Shown: positions 6,587 to 14,166 of the stretch, piece after piece
How the letters are laid out: each line of letters begins with the position of its first letter
Numbering within the stretch: position 1 is the stretch's first letter
Assembly (NCBI GenBank): GCA_035291025.1
Contig: DATDTB010000097.1
Coordinates: 1 to 17,980 of the forward strand
DNA length: 17,980 nt
Source: an archaeon
GTDB lineage: Archaea > Iainarchaeota > Iainarchaeia > JAFGOX01 > DATDTB01
Direction: 5' to 3'
The notes under the pieces: model-generated
What the model was told of the DNA's origin: nothing
What the model saw: the letters and a program-made list of their open reading frames with translations, nothing else
Database searches by the model: none
Translations under genes and position numbers: made by a program

Positions 6587-6768
6587 GACAATTACCTCTT
6601 TTGCCCTCTTTGCGAGCCTTTTTTTGCCTGCCTTTAAAGACTTTTTCTCTTTATAAAGCTTTTTTCCAGCGGGGTTTTGCATTTAAGTTGACTGCTTTCC
6701 TTCCAGTAACCCGCGTTCTCCAACTTTGGGAGCGCGGCAGGTTTCACCTAAATTTTTGGAGCCTTCCG

Positions 6769-7245
6769 TTAAAACTCGCGAATTATTGACGTCAAAGTCA
6801 CTGTCTTCCTGCCGTTCTTGCTCGTGACAGTTATCTCCGTCGTCGTGCGGTCGGAGACGTCTATGTCGTCAATGTTCGAGCAGTTGGTGCCGTTGAACAC
6901 GTAAGGCGGCGCGTCCTTTAGCATCTCGATCCTGTTCCCGGAGGCGTCCTTGTCGCAGGCGAGCTGGCCGCGCACGAACACGGAGACTTCTTTGACGTCG
7001 TGGTCCCCGTTGTTTTTCACGAACAAGGCGCGAATGCGGTCGCCCGCCGTGTTGAGTTGGGCGCTTTGGATGTCCAAGTCGTCCGGGTTTTGCGCCTCAG
7101 TAACAGTCTTTTCGCCGCGGCTTATTGTCTTGGTCTGTATTCCGGAGACCCAGAAGTACGCTATGACGATGAACGTGACGGCAATGGCCGCCAACAACAC
7201 CGCGGAAATGGTTGGGCTGACTCCTTTCTGGCCGTGAATCTTCAT
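6769..7245 (-). CDS. Archaeal type IV pilin-like protein, divergent family member (pilin 5)
   Basis: From the ATG at 7245 it reads MKIHGQKG|VSPTISAVLLAAIAVTFIVIAYFWVSG... The 62 upstream residues in the track ORF (to 7431) are read through the left end of the IS element, which is repeated at 301..549, so they are not part of the gene. Confidence 0.8.
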   Translation of the reverse strand: MKIHGQKGVSPTISAVLLAAIAVTFIVIAYFWVSGIQTKTISRGEKTVTEAQNPDDLDIQSAQLNTAGDRIRALFVKNNGDHDVKEVSVFVRGQLACDKDASGNRIEMLKDAPPYVFNGTNCSNIDDIDVSDRTTTEITVTSKNGRKTVTLTSIIREF

Positions 7246-7267
7246 TCCAGTTAACACGTCCTTTTTC

Positions 7268-7284
7268 GTTTTAAAGCTTTCGAG
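7268..7284 (-). promoter_or_regulatory. BRE/TATA-like element upstream of pilin 5, at or overlapping the IS left-end junction
   Basis: The minus strand reads CGAAAGC-TTTAAAAC. The TATA-like part ends about 23 nt upstream of the ATG at 7245. Confidence 0.4.
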
Positions 7285-7292
7285 CGAGAAAT

Positions 7293-7312
7293 CCCACTGC
7301 TTTGGCTGTGGG
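7293..7312 (+). repeat. IS left-end subterminal hairpin CCCAC-tgctttggct-GTGGG
   Basis: Read directly from the sequence. Stem sequence and loop length match the right-end hairpin. Confidence 0.65.
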
Positions 7313-7472
7313 TTGAATTGTGGTTCTGTTTCTATTTTGAACGAGTCGTGTTGGCAATTTTTTCCAAGTCCAGTGTTGACCCCGTTGCCAGTGCTTGTTT
7401 GCGCGTGTTGGTTTTTAGGGGGCACTGGCAATCCGCACCGTTGCGGGTTTATATGCTTGGGAAACGCGTCTT

Positions 7473-8627
7473 ATGGCGTTCAATGGTGGTATGGGAGTGC
7501 TTCGAGTTTTCAAGTTCCGCTTGTATCCCAGCAGGAGGCAGTTGTTGGAGTTGGATGGCCAGCGTTTTCTGGCCAAGCAGTTGTGGAATGAGTTGCTTGC
7601 AGCCAGCAAGCAACACTATAAGGACTTTGGTTTTTTCTTGTCTAGGAACTCAATGCAGTTAATGTGCAAGAACTATGGATTGTACTCGCAAGCACAGCAG
7701 TCAGTCGTGTTCAACCTTGAACTTGCAGTGAAGCGTTTTTGTAAGTTGAAAAAGCAAGGAAAACGTGTTGGCTTTCCGCGTTTTAAGTCAGTTGACAGAG
7801 TGAAGTCACTGCACTACCCCCAGTTTGGTTTCAGGCTCGAGGGCAAGAAGTTGCGCGTTAACCCTTTTGGCTTGATTCCAGTCAAGCACCACCGCACGAT
7901 TGAGGGTGGAATAAAAAATCTCACTCTAAAGCGAGAGGCTAGTGGCAAGTGGTTTGCCTGCTTTGTAGTTGAACTCCCCGAAAAACCAGCTCCAGTTCAT
8001 GGTGGTAAGAAGGTAGGCATTGACTTGGGTTTGGAAAAGTTCGCCACTTTATCGAATGGCTTTGTTGTGGCGAACCCGAGGCACTTGAGGAAGCGCGAGG
8101 AAAAACTAGTTTTAGAGCAACGCAGGCTGTCTAGGAAAAAACGCGGTTCTAGGAATCGTGGGAGGCAGAGGCTGAAAGTGGCTAGGGTTTACGAACGAGT
8201 CAGTAATTCTAGGAAAGACTTCTTGCACAAGACCAGTCACTGGCTGGTTAATTCTTTTAGCTTGATTGCATTGGAGGACTTGCGCGTTGCGAGTATGGTG
8301 CAAAACAAGCAGTTATCAAAATCAATTAGTGACGTTTCTTGGAGTTCGTTCACGGGCATGTTGTACTACAAAGCGGTGGAAGCTGGTAGTACTGTAGTGT
8401 TCGTGGACGCCAAGAACACGACACGGCAGTGTTCGGATTGTGGTTTGATGGTGGCAAAGGCGCTTAGTGAAAGGGTTCACGAGTGCACTTGCGGCTTGGT
8501 GTTGGACCGTGACTTGAATGCTGCCAGGAACATACTCATTAGAGCTACCCCTGGAATAGGGGGAAGTCAAGCTCTCCGAGACGAGTCAAGTGGAGTCGTT
8601 GGTGAAGAGAGAAGCCCACAACTTTAG
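7473..8627 (+). CDS. tnpB: TnpB (IS200/IS605 OrfB) RNA-guided endonuclease, full length with an intact RuvC triad and zinc finger
   Basis: 384 aa. The N-terminus LRVFKFRLYPSRRQ is typical of TnpB. RuvC-I is VGIDLGLEKF, RuvC-II is LIALEDL, the zinc finger is CSDCG...HECTCG, and RuvC-III is DRDLNAARNI. Confidence 0.9.
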   Translation: MAFNGGMGVLRVFKFRLYPSRRQLLELDGQRFLAKQLWNELLAASKQHYKDFGFFLSRNSMQLMCKNYGLYSQAQQSVVFNLELAVKRFCKLKKQGKRVGFPRFKSVDRVKSLHYPQFGFRLEGKKLRVNPFGLIPVKHHRTIEGGIKNLTLKREASGKWFACFVVELPEKPAPVHGGKKVGIDLGLEKFATLSNGFVVANPRHLRKREEKLVLEQRRLSRKKRGSRNRGRQRLKVARVYERVSNSRKDFLHKTSHWLVNSFSLIALEDLRVASMVQNKQLSKSISDVSWSSFTGMLYYKAVEAGSTVVFVDAKNTTRQCSDCGLMVAKALSERVHECTCGLVLDRDLNAARNILIRATPGIGGSQALRDESSGVVGEERSPQL

Positions 8628-8634
8628 TCGTGGG
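8615..8634 (+). repeat. IS right-end terminal hairpin CCCAC-aactttagtc-GTGGG (overlaps the tnpB stop codon)
   Basis: Read directly from the sequence. It has the same 5-bp stem and 10-nt loop length as 7293..7312. Confidence 0.65.
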
Positions 8635-8638
8635 TAGT

Positions 8639-10630
8639 TCACGCCTTTTCTATTACCACGTCGTTGTTTTGTTTTTTAAAGGAAAACCTTTCCCCCAGCG
8701 CCGCCGAAACTTCGCCAGCGGACTGCATTGCCTCTCTTAAGTCAACGTCTATTTCCCTGCACACTTCGCTCAGGGTCGTTTTCTCGGGGTCGGCCATTTC
8801 CAAATAACGAATCACCATTTTGGCGACTTTTTGCGGCTTGGGCGCCTTTTCCTGCTGTTTCCTCGCGCCTTGAATTGCGTCAAATGCCAAGTCAAACTTT
8901 GCCTCTGTTTTCTGGATTTCTTTTTCGAAGGCCTGCCTTTGCCCAACGCCTCTCTTGGCGTCTTCCCATTCATCCCTTAATTGCTCGACTCGTTCTCTTA
9001 GGTTTGAGTCCTTTCCCTGCCTGGGTCCCGTCTTCGACAATAGTTCGCCGAGGCGCGAGCTCACTTCAGTTAGCCTCGCGCCGTGTTCCGTGTTTTGCTG
9101 TCTTTCATTCAAGTAAACGTGCCCTTCCAGCGCGCCTACCTTGGTTCCAATGGTTTCAATTGCCTCGGAAATGCTTTTCCTGACGTCCGGGTTGCTTTGC
9201 GCGCGTTCGGCGACGCTTTCGAGTTGTTGCCGAAGGGTTTCGACTTCGTTTTTCACGGCTTCCACTTTCAAGGGTTCTCTTTTGAGCTTCAACGCGCTTA
9301 CCTCTCTTCCCAGCGCCGTGGCCTTCCTGTCAACTTCTTCCAAGTCCTTTTTCAGCACTCCCAATGTAAAGTTTTCAAACCCGGAAAGCTCTGCCTTGAC
9401 TGAGTCGATTTTCTTGCTCAGCGAGGAAAACTCTTCAGGGCTAACTGTTGCCGCGAGCGAATTCACTTTTTCACTTAGCGAGTTCAGCTCGTCAAACACG
9501 GGCTTGACGTTTGTCTCCTTCCTGTTCTTGAGCATTACGACCTCGCCCCTGAGCGCGTCCAAGTCCGTGTGAATCCCTTTCACGTCCAGGGCTACGTCGC
9601 GTTTTACCTTTGCCTCGAAGTCCTTCAAGTTTTCCTGCAACAAGTCCAGCTTGTAAACCACTTTCCCGAACTCGTCTTCCATTTTCTTGCCCGCGCCTTT
9701 TTCGACTGCCTTCATTAGCTCTTCAATGCGTTCCTCCAAGGCCCTTACTTCTGTCTTCATCAAGTGGACGTCAACGGCGGTCTCGCCTGCCGCGCCCGCC
9801 TTCTTGTCCAGTTTTTCCAGGGCCTTGTGCAAGCCGTCCAGTCCCGCGTTCAACACCTCTATTTCCTCCTGGACCTTGGAGTCAGCCGGCTTTTCCAGCC
9901 TGGAGGAAAGCGCGCGGGTGACTTGTTCGATGGTGCTTTCCTTGGCGATTGACTCCTTGGCCGCCTGCTCCAACGCGCTGGCTTTAGACAAAAGCGTCCT
10001 CAGCGAGAACTGGGCCTCGTTTATCAACCCCGAGAATTCCTGGATTTTCATGCTCGCCTTGTGCACTGACTCCGAGAGCGACTCGTACTTGGTTGGCAGG
10101 TCTCCCAGCGCAGCGACGTTGTTGTTAACTTGCTGGAGTCCCGCGTTCAACGAATCAAGTTCTTTCAGCTTTGACGTTATCACGTTCTTGAGGCTGTTTT
10201 CAATGCTTTGCTGGTCTGACCTGAGCGCGGTGACCTTGTTGGACAGTTCCACGTAGTCCTTCTTCAAGTCCAGCATTGTTTTCTGGACTTCCTCCGAGAG
10301 ACGCGTTGAGTCCTTTGTTTCCTTTATTTCGCCGGAGAGCCTTTCCAGCCTGTTGAGTATGTTTATTTCGGACTCGGAAATTGTGTGGAGGCTTTGCTCG
10401 GTCGTGTCGCTTATTGACTCCCTTGAAGCATCTTCCAGCGCCGCCACCAACGAGTTCACTTTGCGGGAGAGCTCGCGGTTTTCCTTGACCACCAAAAGCA
10501 GGAGCTCCTTCACCTCGGTCAACCCCGAGCCGCCGCTGGTTTCCTCCATGGCGTGCTCGTTCAAGAGCTTTTCCAGCTTCAACCGCGTGGACTCGAGTTC
10601 GACGTCCCCGCTGAATTCCTTTCCTGCCAT
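8639..10630 (-). CDS. Long coiled-coil protein B (~663 aa) with a C-terminal winged-helix-like module; function unknown
   Basis: The sequence is E/K/L/S-rich and heptad-like throughout, with no TM segment and no Walker A motif. The C-terminal ~60 aa (PQKVAKMVIRYLEMADPEKTTLSEVCREIDVDLREAMQSAGEVSAALGERFSFKKQNNDVVIEKA) align with the C-terminus of the upstream ORF. The ATG is at 10630; the track start at 10642 is a TTG. Confidence 0.7.
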   Translation of the reverse strand: MAGKEFSGDVELESTRLKLEKLLNEHAMEETSGGSGLTEVKELLLLVVKENRELSRKVNSLVAALEDASRESISDTTEQSLHTISESEINILNRLERLSGEIKETKDSTRLSEEVQKTMLDLKKDYVELSNKVTALRSDQQSIENSLKNVITSKLKELDSLNAGLQQVNNNVAALGDLPTKYESLSESVHKASMKIQEFSGLINEAQFSLRTLLSKASALEQAAKESIAKESTIEQVTRALSSRLEKPADSKVQEEIEVLNAGLDGLHKALEKLDKKAGAAGETAVDVHLMKTEVRALEERIEELMKAVEKGAGKKMEDEFGKVVYKLDLLQENLKDFEAKVKRDVALDVKGIHTDLDALRGEVVMLKNRKETNVKPVFDELNSLSEKVNSLAATVSPEEFSSLSKKIDSVKAELSGFENFTLGVLKKDLEEVDRKATALGREVSALKLKREPLKVEAVKNEVETLRQQLESVAERAQSNPDVRKSISEAIETIGTKVGALEGHVYLNERQQNTEHGARLTEVSSRLGELLSKTGPRQGKDSNLRERVEQLRDEWEDAKRGVGQRQAFEKEIQKTEAKFDLAFDAIQGARKQQEKAPKPQKVAKMVIRYLEMADPEKTTLSEVCREIDVDLREAMQSAGEVSAALGERFSFKKQNNDVVIEKA

Positions 10631-10658
10631 TTCTTGTCCCAACCCATTCCCTGGCTTT

Positions 10659-12746
10659 TCAGCGCTTTTCGATTATTATGTCCTTGCCCTGCAGCCTGGA
10701 GAGCACGTCCGTGTTCCGAGTGTAATAGTTTTCCCCGAGCGCCTTTAGTATCTTGTCAATGTTGTCGGAGGCGAACTTGTAGTCCACCCCGAAAACCCTG
10801 CACATTTCCTTCAAGTTGAACTGTTTTTCGCTTATGCCCTGGAAGTTGGTCACGTAGTCCTTTATTTTTGCGGCAACCTTTTCCGGGTCCAGTGCCACCC
10901 TTACCTCGGAGGCGGCCTTCAAGGACTCTGGGGCCTGGCTCAGCGCGGCCTTCCTTGAGGCAATTTCCAGGTTTTTCAGCACGTCCTGCGCCGTCACCCC
11001 TGAAGTGAGTTCCTTTATTTGCGCGGCCTGCGACGCCACAACAGGAGTCCCGGCCTTTTTCTCGATTTTCGCGGAAACCTCTGCTATTTTCGAGTACTCT
11101 TTTTCCAATGGCTTTTGGGCTTCGCGTATTTCGCGTATTTTTTCAACCAAGTCCTGCATTTTCTCCCTGGAATCTTCGAGTTTTTCGTGGTGTTCCTCGC
11201 TCACGACCGCGACGTCGGCGAAGTCAATCCTTCCGTAAAGCTTTTCCAACTCCCCCAGTTCGACTTCCTGTTCGTCGAATGACCCTTGGATTTTCCTTTC
11301 TTTTTCGTCCTTGCGCGCCACCAACTGGTTGGGCGCGGAAAGGGTGGCTATTGCGATGTTGTCGCCCAGCGTTTCGGCTTGTTCTTGAACGCGTTCAATC
11401 AAGTGCTCCCCAGCAATGTTTTTTGAGGAAAGGGCTTTGGCGTGTTCTGTCATTGCTTCAACGTGTCCCGCGACTTCGTGGTGCAGCACGTGGCCTGCGT
11501 CAATAGGCTTCCTGAGCTCTTCGTGTACTTCCTTCAAGGCCTTGTGCGCTTCCCCCTCAGTCGTTTCCCCCTTGGCCAGTTCCTTGTGCACTTGCTCGAG
11601 CTTTTCGCGGGCGGCTAGCGCGCCTTGAACGGCTTCCTGAATTTTTTCCGGGGTCGCTGACTCCATTTTGGCATGCGCGGCGGAAACGCTTTCGCTTAAT
11701 TTTTCAATTCGGTCCTCGAAGTGTGGCGCCTTCCTCGCTGCAGCCTTTGAGGCTTCAACGCCTAGCTTTATTGCTTTTTCCCGCAAGCGCTGCTCCTTGG
11801 AGCCGACAACTGGCTTTCCCACAAGCGTTGCCTTCACGCCCATGACTTCTAGTTCGCGTTTTGCGTCCTTGGCGCCCTTCCCGAGTTTTTCCATTTCCAG
11901 CGCGAACGACTCGCCCGAGGGAAGCTTGTGCACCTTGACGTAAAGGCTTGAAACGCGTCTTTCAACGTCGTCGAGCTTGTGCGCGAATTCCACGACGAGC
12001 TTCGCGTCCGGGTCCGCGTATTTTTTCATCTTGTCGCGCAAAATGAACAACGCCTCGGAGGCGGTTTCGAGTTCTCGCTTGAAGTTCTTGGTGTTGGAGT
12101 CCTCGATTTCCACGAGCAGTTTTCGGGCTTCGCCGGAGTCCTTGATGGCTTGGACGGCTTCCCTTGGGAGCTTTGCGTTGTCTTTCCGCAGCTGTGAAAC
12201 GAATCCCTCGAGTTTTTCATGCAAGACCGAGTACTCGTCCTTGAGCATTGACAAGTTGACTTCTTCGTCCTTCCTCGCCTTCCTTAGCTCGGAGTACAAG
12301 TCTTCCATGGCGCCTTGGAGGTTTTTGACTTCGCGCTTTATTCTCTCCTCTTCGCCTTCCAAGAGCTCGCTGAGGCGCTTTTGCAGGCCGTCAAGCTTCT
12401 TGAGCCCGTCCTCGTCCGCTTGCCTGGCGTCCTTTAACCTTTCAAGCATGACGACGTTTGACTCAGCTATCGCCTTCAATAGTTCCTCTGTCTTGTCGTC
12501 CTTGACTTCGGAAGCCGCTTCCTCGAACTGCTTCAACAGCAAGTCGAACCTGTGCGACAACTTCTTGGTCTGCCGCGCGGACTCCAGCAACAAGTCCTCG
12601 TAAATCGCCAGGCGTTCGTCCTTTGACTCTTCGCCTTCCCCTGCCGAAAGCCTGCGCCTTCCCTTTTTCTTGCCCAGCGAAGGCCGTTCGAGTTCCTCTT
12701 CTTCCTGGCCGCGCAGCCCGTCCAATTCCTCTTCGTCCAATGGCAT
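10659..12746 (-). CDS. Long coiled-coil protein A (695 aa) with a C-terminal winged-helix-like module; function unknown
   Basis: ATG start. An acidic/basic N-terminal tail is followed by ~600 aa of heptad-like helix. The C-terminus reads PEKVAAKIKDYVTNFQGISEKQFNLKEMCRVFGVDYKFASDNIDKILKALGENYYTRNTDVLSRLQGKDIIIEKR. There is no NTPase motif and no TM segment. Confidence 0.7.
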   Translation of the reverse strand: MPLDEEELDGLRGQEEEELERPSLGKKKGRRRLSAGEGEESKDERLAIYEDLLLESARQTKKLSHRFDLLLKQFEEAASEVKDDKTEELLKAIAESNVVMLERLKDARQADEDGLKKLDGLQKRLSELLEGEEERIKREVKNLQGAMEDLYSELRKARKDEEVNLSMLKDEYSVLHEKLEGFVSQLRKDNAKLPREAVQAIKDSGEARKLLVEIEDSNTKNFKRELETASEALFILRDKMKKYADPDAKLVVEFAHKLDDVERRVSSLYVKVHKLPSGESFALEMEKLGKGAKDAKRELEVMGVKATLVGKPVVGSKEQRLREKAIKLGVEASKAAARKAPHFEDRIEKLSESVSAAHAKMESATPEKIQEAVQGALAAREKLEQVHKELAKGETTEGEAHKALKEVHEELRKPIDAGHVLHHEVAGHVEAMTEHAKALSSKNIAGEHLIERVQEQAETLGDNIAIATLSAPNQLVARKDEKERKIQGSFDEQEVELGELEKLYGRIDFADVAVVSEEHHEKLEDSREKMQDLVEKIREIREAQKPLEKEYSKIAEVSAKIEKKAGTPVVASQAAQIKELTSGVTAQDVLKNLEIASRKAALSQAPESLKAASEVRVALDPEKVAAKIKDYVTNFQGISEKQFNLKEMCRVFGVDYKFASDNIDKILKALGENYYTRNTDVLSRLQGKDIIIEKR

Positions 12747-12823
12747 TGGCTTTAACCCTTCTTCCTTTCCATTTGCAATGCGCCCGGCTTTCTGGCTTCG
12801 CTGGGGCGCTGGAATTGCAAGCC

Positions 12824-12851
12824 TTTATAAAACAACTTTGGCTTTTTAAAA
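12824..12851. promoter_or_regulatory. Two A/T palindromic TATA-like boxes in the divergent intergenic region
   Basis: TTTATAAAA (12824..12832) and TTTTTAAAA (12843..12851) lie between the divergently transcribed genes starting at 12746 (-) and 12945 (+). They are the only A/T-rich elements in a 198-nt GC-rich spacer. Confidence 0.45.
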
Positions 12852-12944
12852 CATACCGCCTCTTAGTACCGACGCCTCCGCGCGCTGGGCGGAAACCGCG
12901 CACTGCAAGCCCTCGAGAAACGCGCAACCGGTGCTTTTCCTGCC

Positions 12945-13937
12945 ATGAACAAGTCGTTGTTTTTCCTGCTTGCCCTGAGTTTCCTGGCCCCTTTCGCGGC
13001 CGCCCAAGGACAGCAGCGCCTTTCCTTTCTCTCATATGTAATATCGGTCGAGCCATTGAACGGCGCGTCACTGGAAAGGATTGAAGCGATGGTCAGGAAT
13101 GACTCAACGGAGTTAGTTGAACGCCTTGACTTTTCCTTCGGTCCCCTCGTCCCGGGAACGCTTAAGGCGTCAGTGGACAGCGAGGCCGCCGCGGTGGAGG
13201 AAGGCGCGGAATCGTTCTCAGTCCTCCTACCAGCGCCCTTGGGTAGAAACCAGCAGGCAAGGGTTTCGATGGAGTTCTCCAAGGAAGGGCTGCTGGAAGA
13301 GTTGGAGGACTCGCGCCTACTCAGCCTCTCCTTTACCTCGCCCGGCGAGTTGTCCAATTTTTACATAAAGGTCTTGCTGCCGGAGGGCGCGTTCATTCCA
13401 TTAGAGCAGCCCGGAACCCTTTCAACGGCCTTCGTTTCACCCGAACCCTCGGGTTTCACTACTGACGGCCAGAAAATAACCGTTTTCTGGGACGCTGACC
13501 TGGCGCCTGGCGAGAGTTTCCCGATTTACCTGCGCTTTTCCCAAGCCGCAAAACCAAGCGTGGTGGAGTTTGACTACTTGCTGTTGTTGTCCTTTATTGC
13601 CGCGCTGGCGCTCTTTTTTGCAGGGATTTACTCAAGGCGCTTTTCCGGAACCCCAACCAAGGCAGTTTCACGCGCCCCCAAAACAACCCCTAGCAAGGAA
13701 TTTGGGCGCAGGGAAAAAATAGTCAAGGGCTACTTCGAGTTATTGCAGGACAGCGAGAAAAGCGTTGTTTCCTTCCTACGCAACGGCCAAAAAACCCAAG
13801 CCGAGTTGCTTGAGTTAACGGGCTTTTCCAAGGCCAAGCTCTCGCGAATCCTTGCGTCAATGGAGCAACGAAACGTGGTGGAACGAAGGCTAGTTGGAAG
13901 GACTAACGTGGTCAAACTCAAAAACAAGGCGCTTTAA
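12945..13937 (+). CDS. Membrane-anchored winged-helix transcriptional regulator (COG2512-like): signal peptide, extracellular domain, one TM segment, cytoplasmic wHTH
   Basis: The signal peptide is MNKSLFFLLALSFLAPFAAA|QG. A ~190-aa extracytoplasmic region follows, then the TM segment YLLLLSFIAALALFFAGIY. The C-terminus LLQDSEKSVVSFLRNGQKTQAELLELTGFSKAKLSRILASMEQRNVVERRLVGRTNVVKL is MarR/ArsR-like wHTH. Confidence 0.75.
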   Translation: MNKSLFFLLALSFLAPFAAAQGQQRLSFLSYVISVEPLNGASLERIEAMVRNDSTELVERLDFSFGPLVPGTLKASVDSEAAAVEEGAESFSVLLPAPLGRNQQARVSMEFSKEGLLEELEDSRLLSLSFTSPGELSNFYIKVLLPEGAFIPLEQPGTLSTAFVSPEPSGFTTDGQKITVFWDADLAPGESFPIYLRFSQAAKPSVVEFDYLLLLSFIAALALFFAGIYSRRFSGTPTKAVSRAPKTTPSKEFGRREKIVKGYFELLQDSEKSVVSFLRNGQKTQAELLELTGFSKAKLSRILASMEQRNVVERRLVGRTNVVKLKNKAL

Positions 13938-14166
13938 GCCCGAATGGAACGATTTCATGCATTTAAAGCGCCTTTTTTTCACCCCATTTTTGCCAGTGGA
14001 CGCCGCAGGCGAGTGGTTTTTTATACCAGTGAAGCGTTCCAAGAACGTTCCATTAATCGTTCCACGAAACCCATAAATAGCGGAACCGCGGAATGGTTTT
14101 CATTGACCGATATTCCTGAACAGGCGCTCGCCCCCCCAGACACGGGGCAGGCGCTTGATGAAAGAG

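Larger units (their letters stand above)
7270..8638 (+). mobile_element. IS200/IS605-family tnpB-only element (IS1341-like), copy 2, complete; ends accurate to about +/-10 nt
   Basis: The left boundary is where similarity to copy 1 begins (TTTAA..TCGAGCGAGAAATCCCAC). The right boundary is placed just after the terminal hairpin at 8615..8634. Both ends carry the same CCCAC-N10-GTGGG hairpin. There is a single tnpB ORF and no Y1 transposase gene. Confidence 0.75.

Noticed and set aside
5198-6656. Plus-strand ORFs antisense to pilins 2-4 (5198..5662, 5896..6225, 6276..6656), which share ITAAATATATIKTTAITGEKP
   Set aside because: The shared segment is simply the antisense reading of the conserved Ala/Val-rich pilin helix. 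The minus-strand frames carry clear class III signal peptides.
6587-6682. A Lys-rich 32-residue extension of pilin 4 from the ATG at 6682
   Set aside because: Class III signal peptides are short. The paralogs start 5-15 residues before the G|FSPV site, and a palindromic TATA-like box lies inside the extension. It remains possible as an alternative start.
7246-7431. A 62-residue N-terminal extension of pilin 5 in the track ORF (6769..7431)
   Set aside because: The extension is translated from the IS left end, which is repeated at 301..549 next to an unrelated gene. The pilin signal peptide begins at the internal ATG at 7245.
1-8638. Composite transposon formed by the two IS copies
   Set aside because: IS200/IS605 elements transpose as single-stranded circles with asymmetric ends and do not form classical composite transposons. 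The intervening genes are core housekeeping genes in a conserved archaeal operon.
9687-10256. Long plus-strand ORFs antisense to the coiled-coil genes (for example 9141..9572, 9687..10256, 11977..12603, 11108..11506)
   Set aside because: They are Ser/Ala/Phe/Leu-rich low-complexity translations. This is what results from reading the reverse complement of E/K/L-rich coiled-coil codons. They have no motifs or start context, and the sense ORFs are far longer.
12463-13357. Minus-strand ORFs 12463..13071 and 12863..13357, spanning the divergent spacer and running antisense to the regulator gene
   Set aside because: They give Arg/Gly/Pro-rich translations typical of off-frame GC-rich sequence, and they cross the promoter region.
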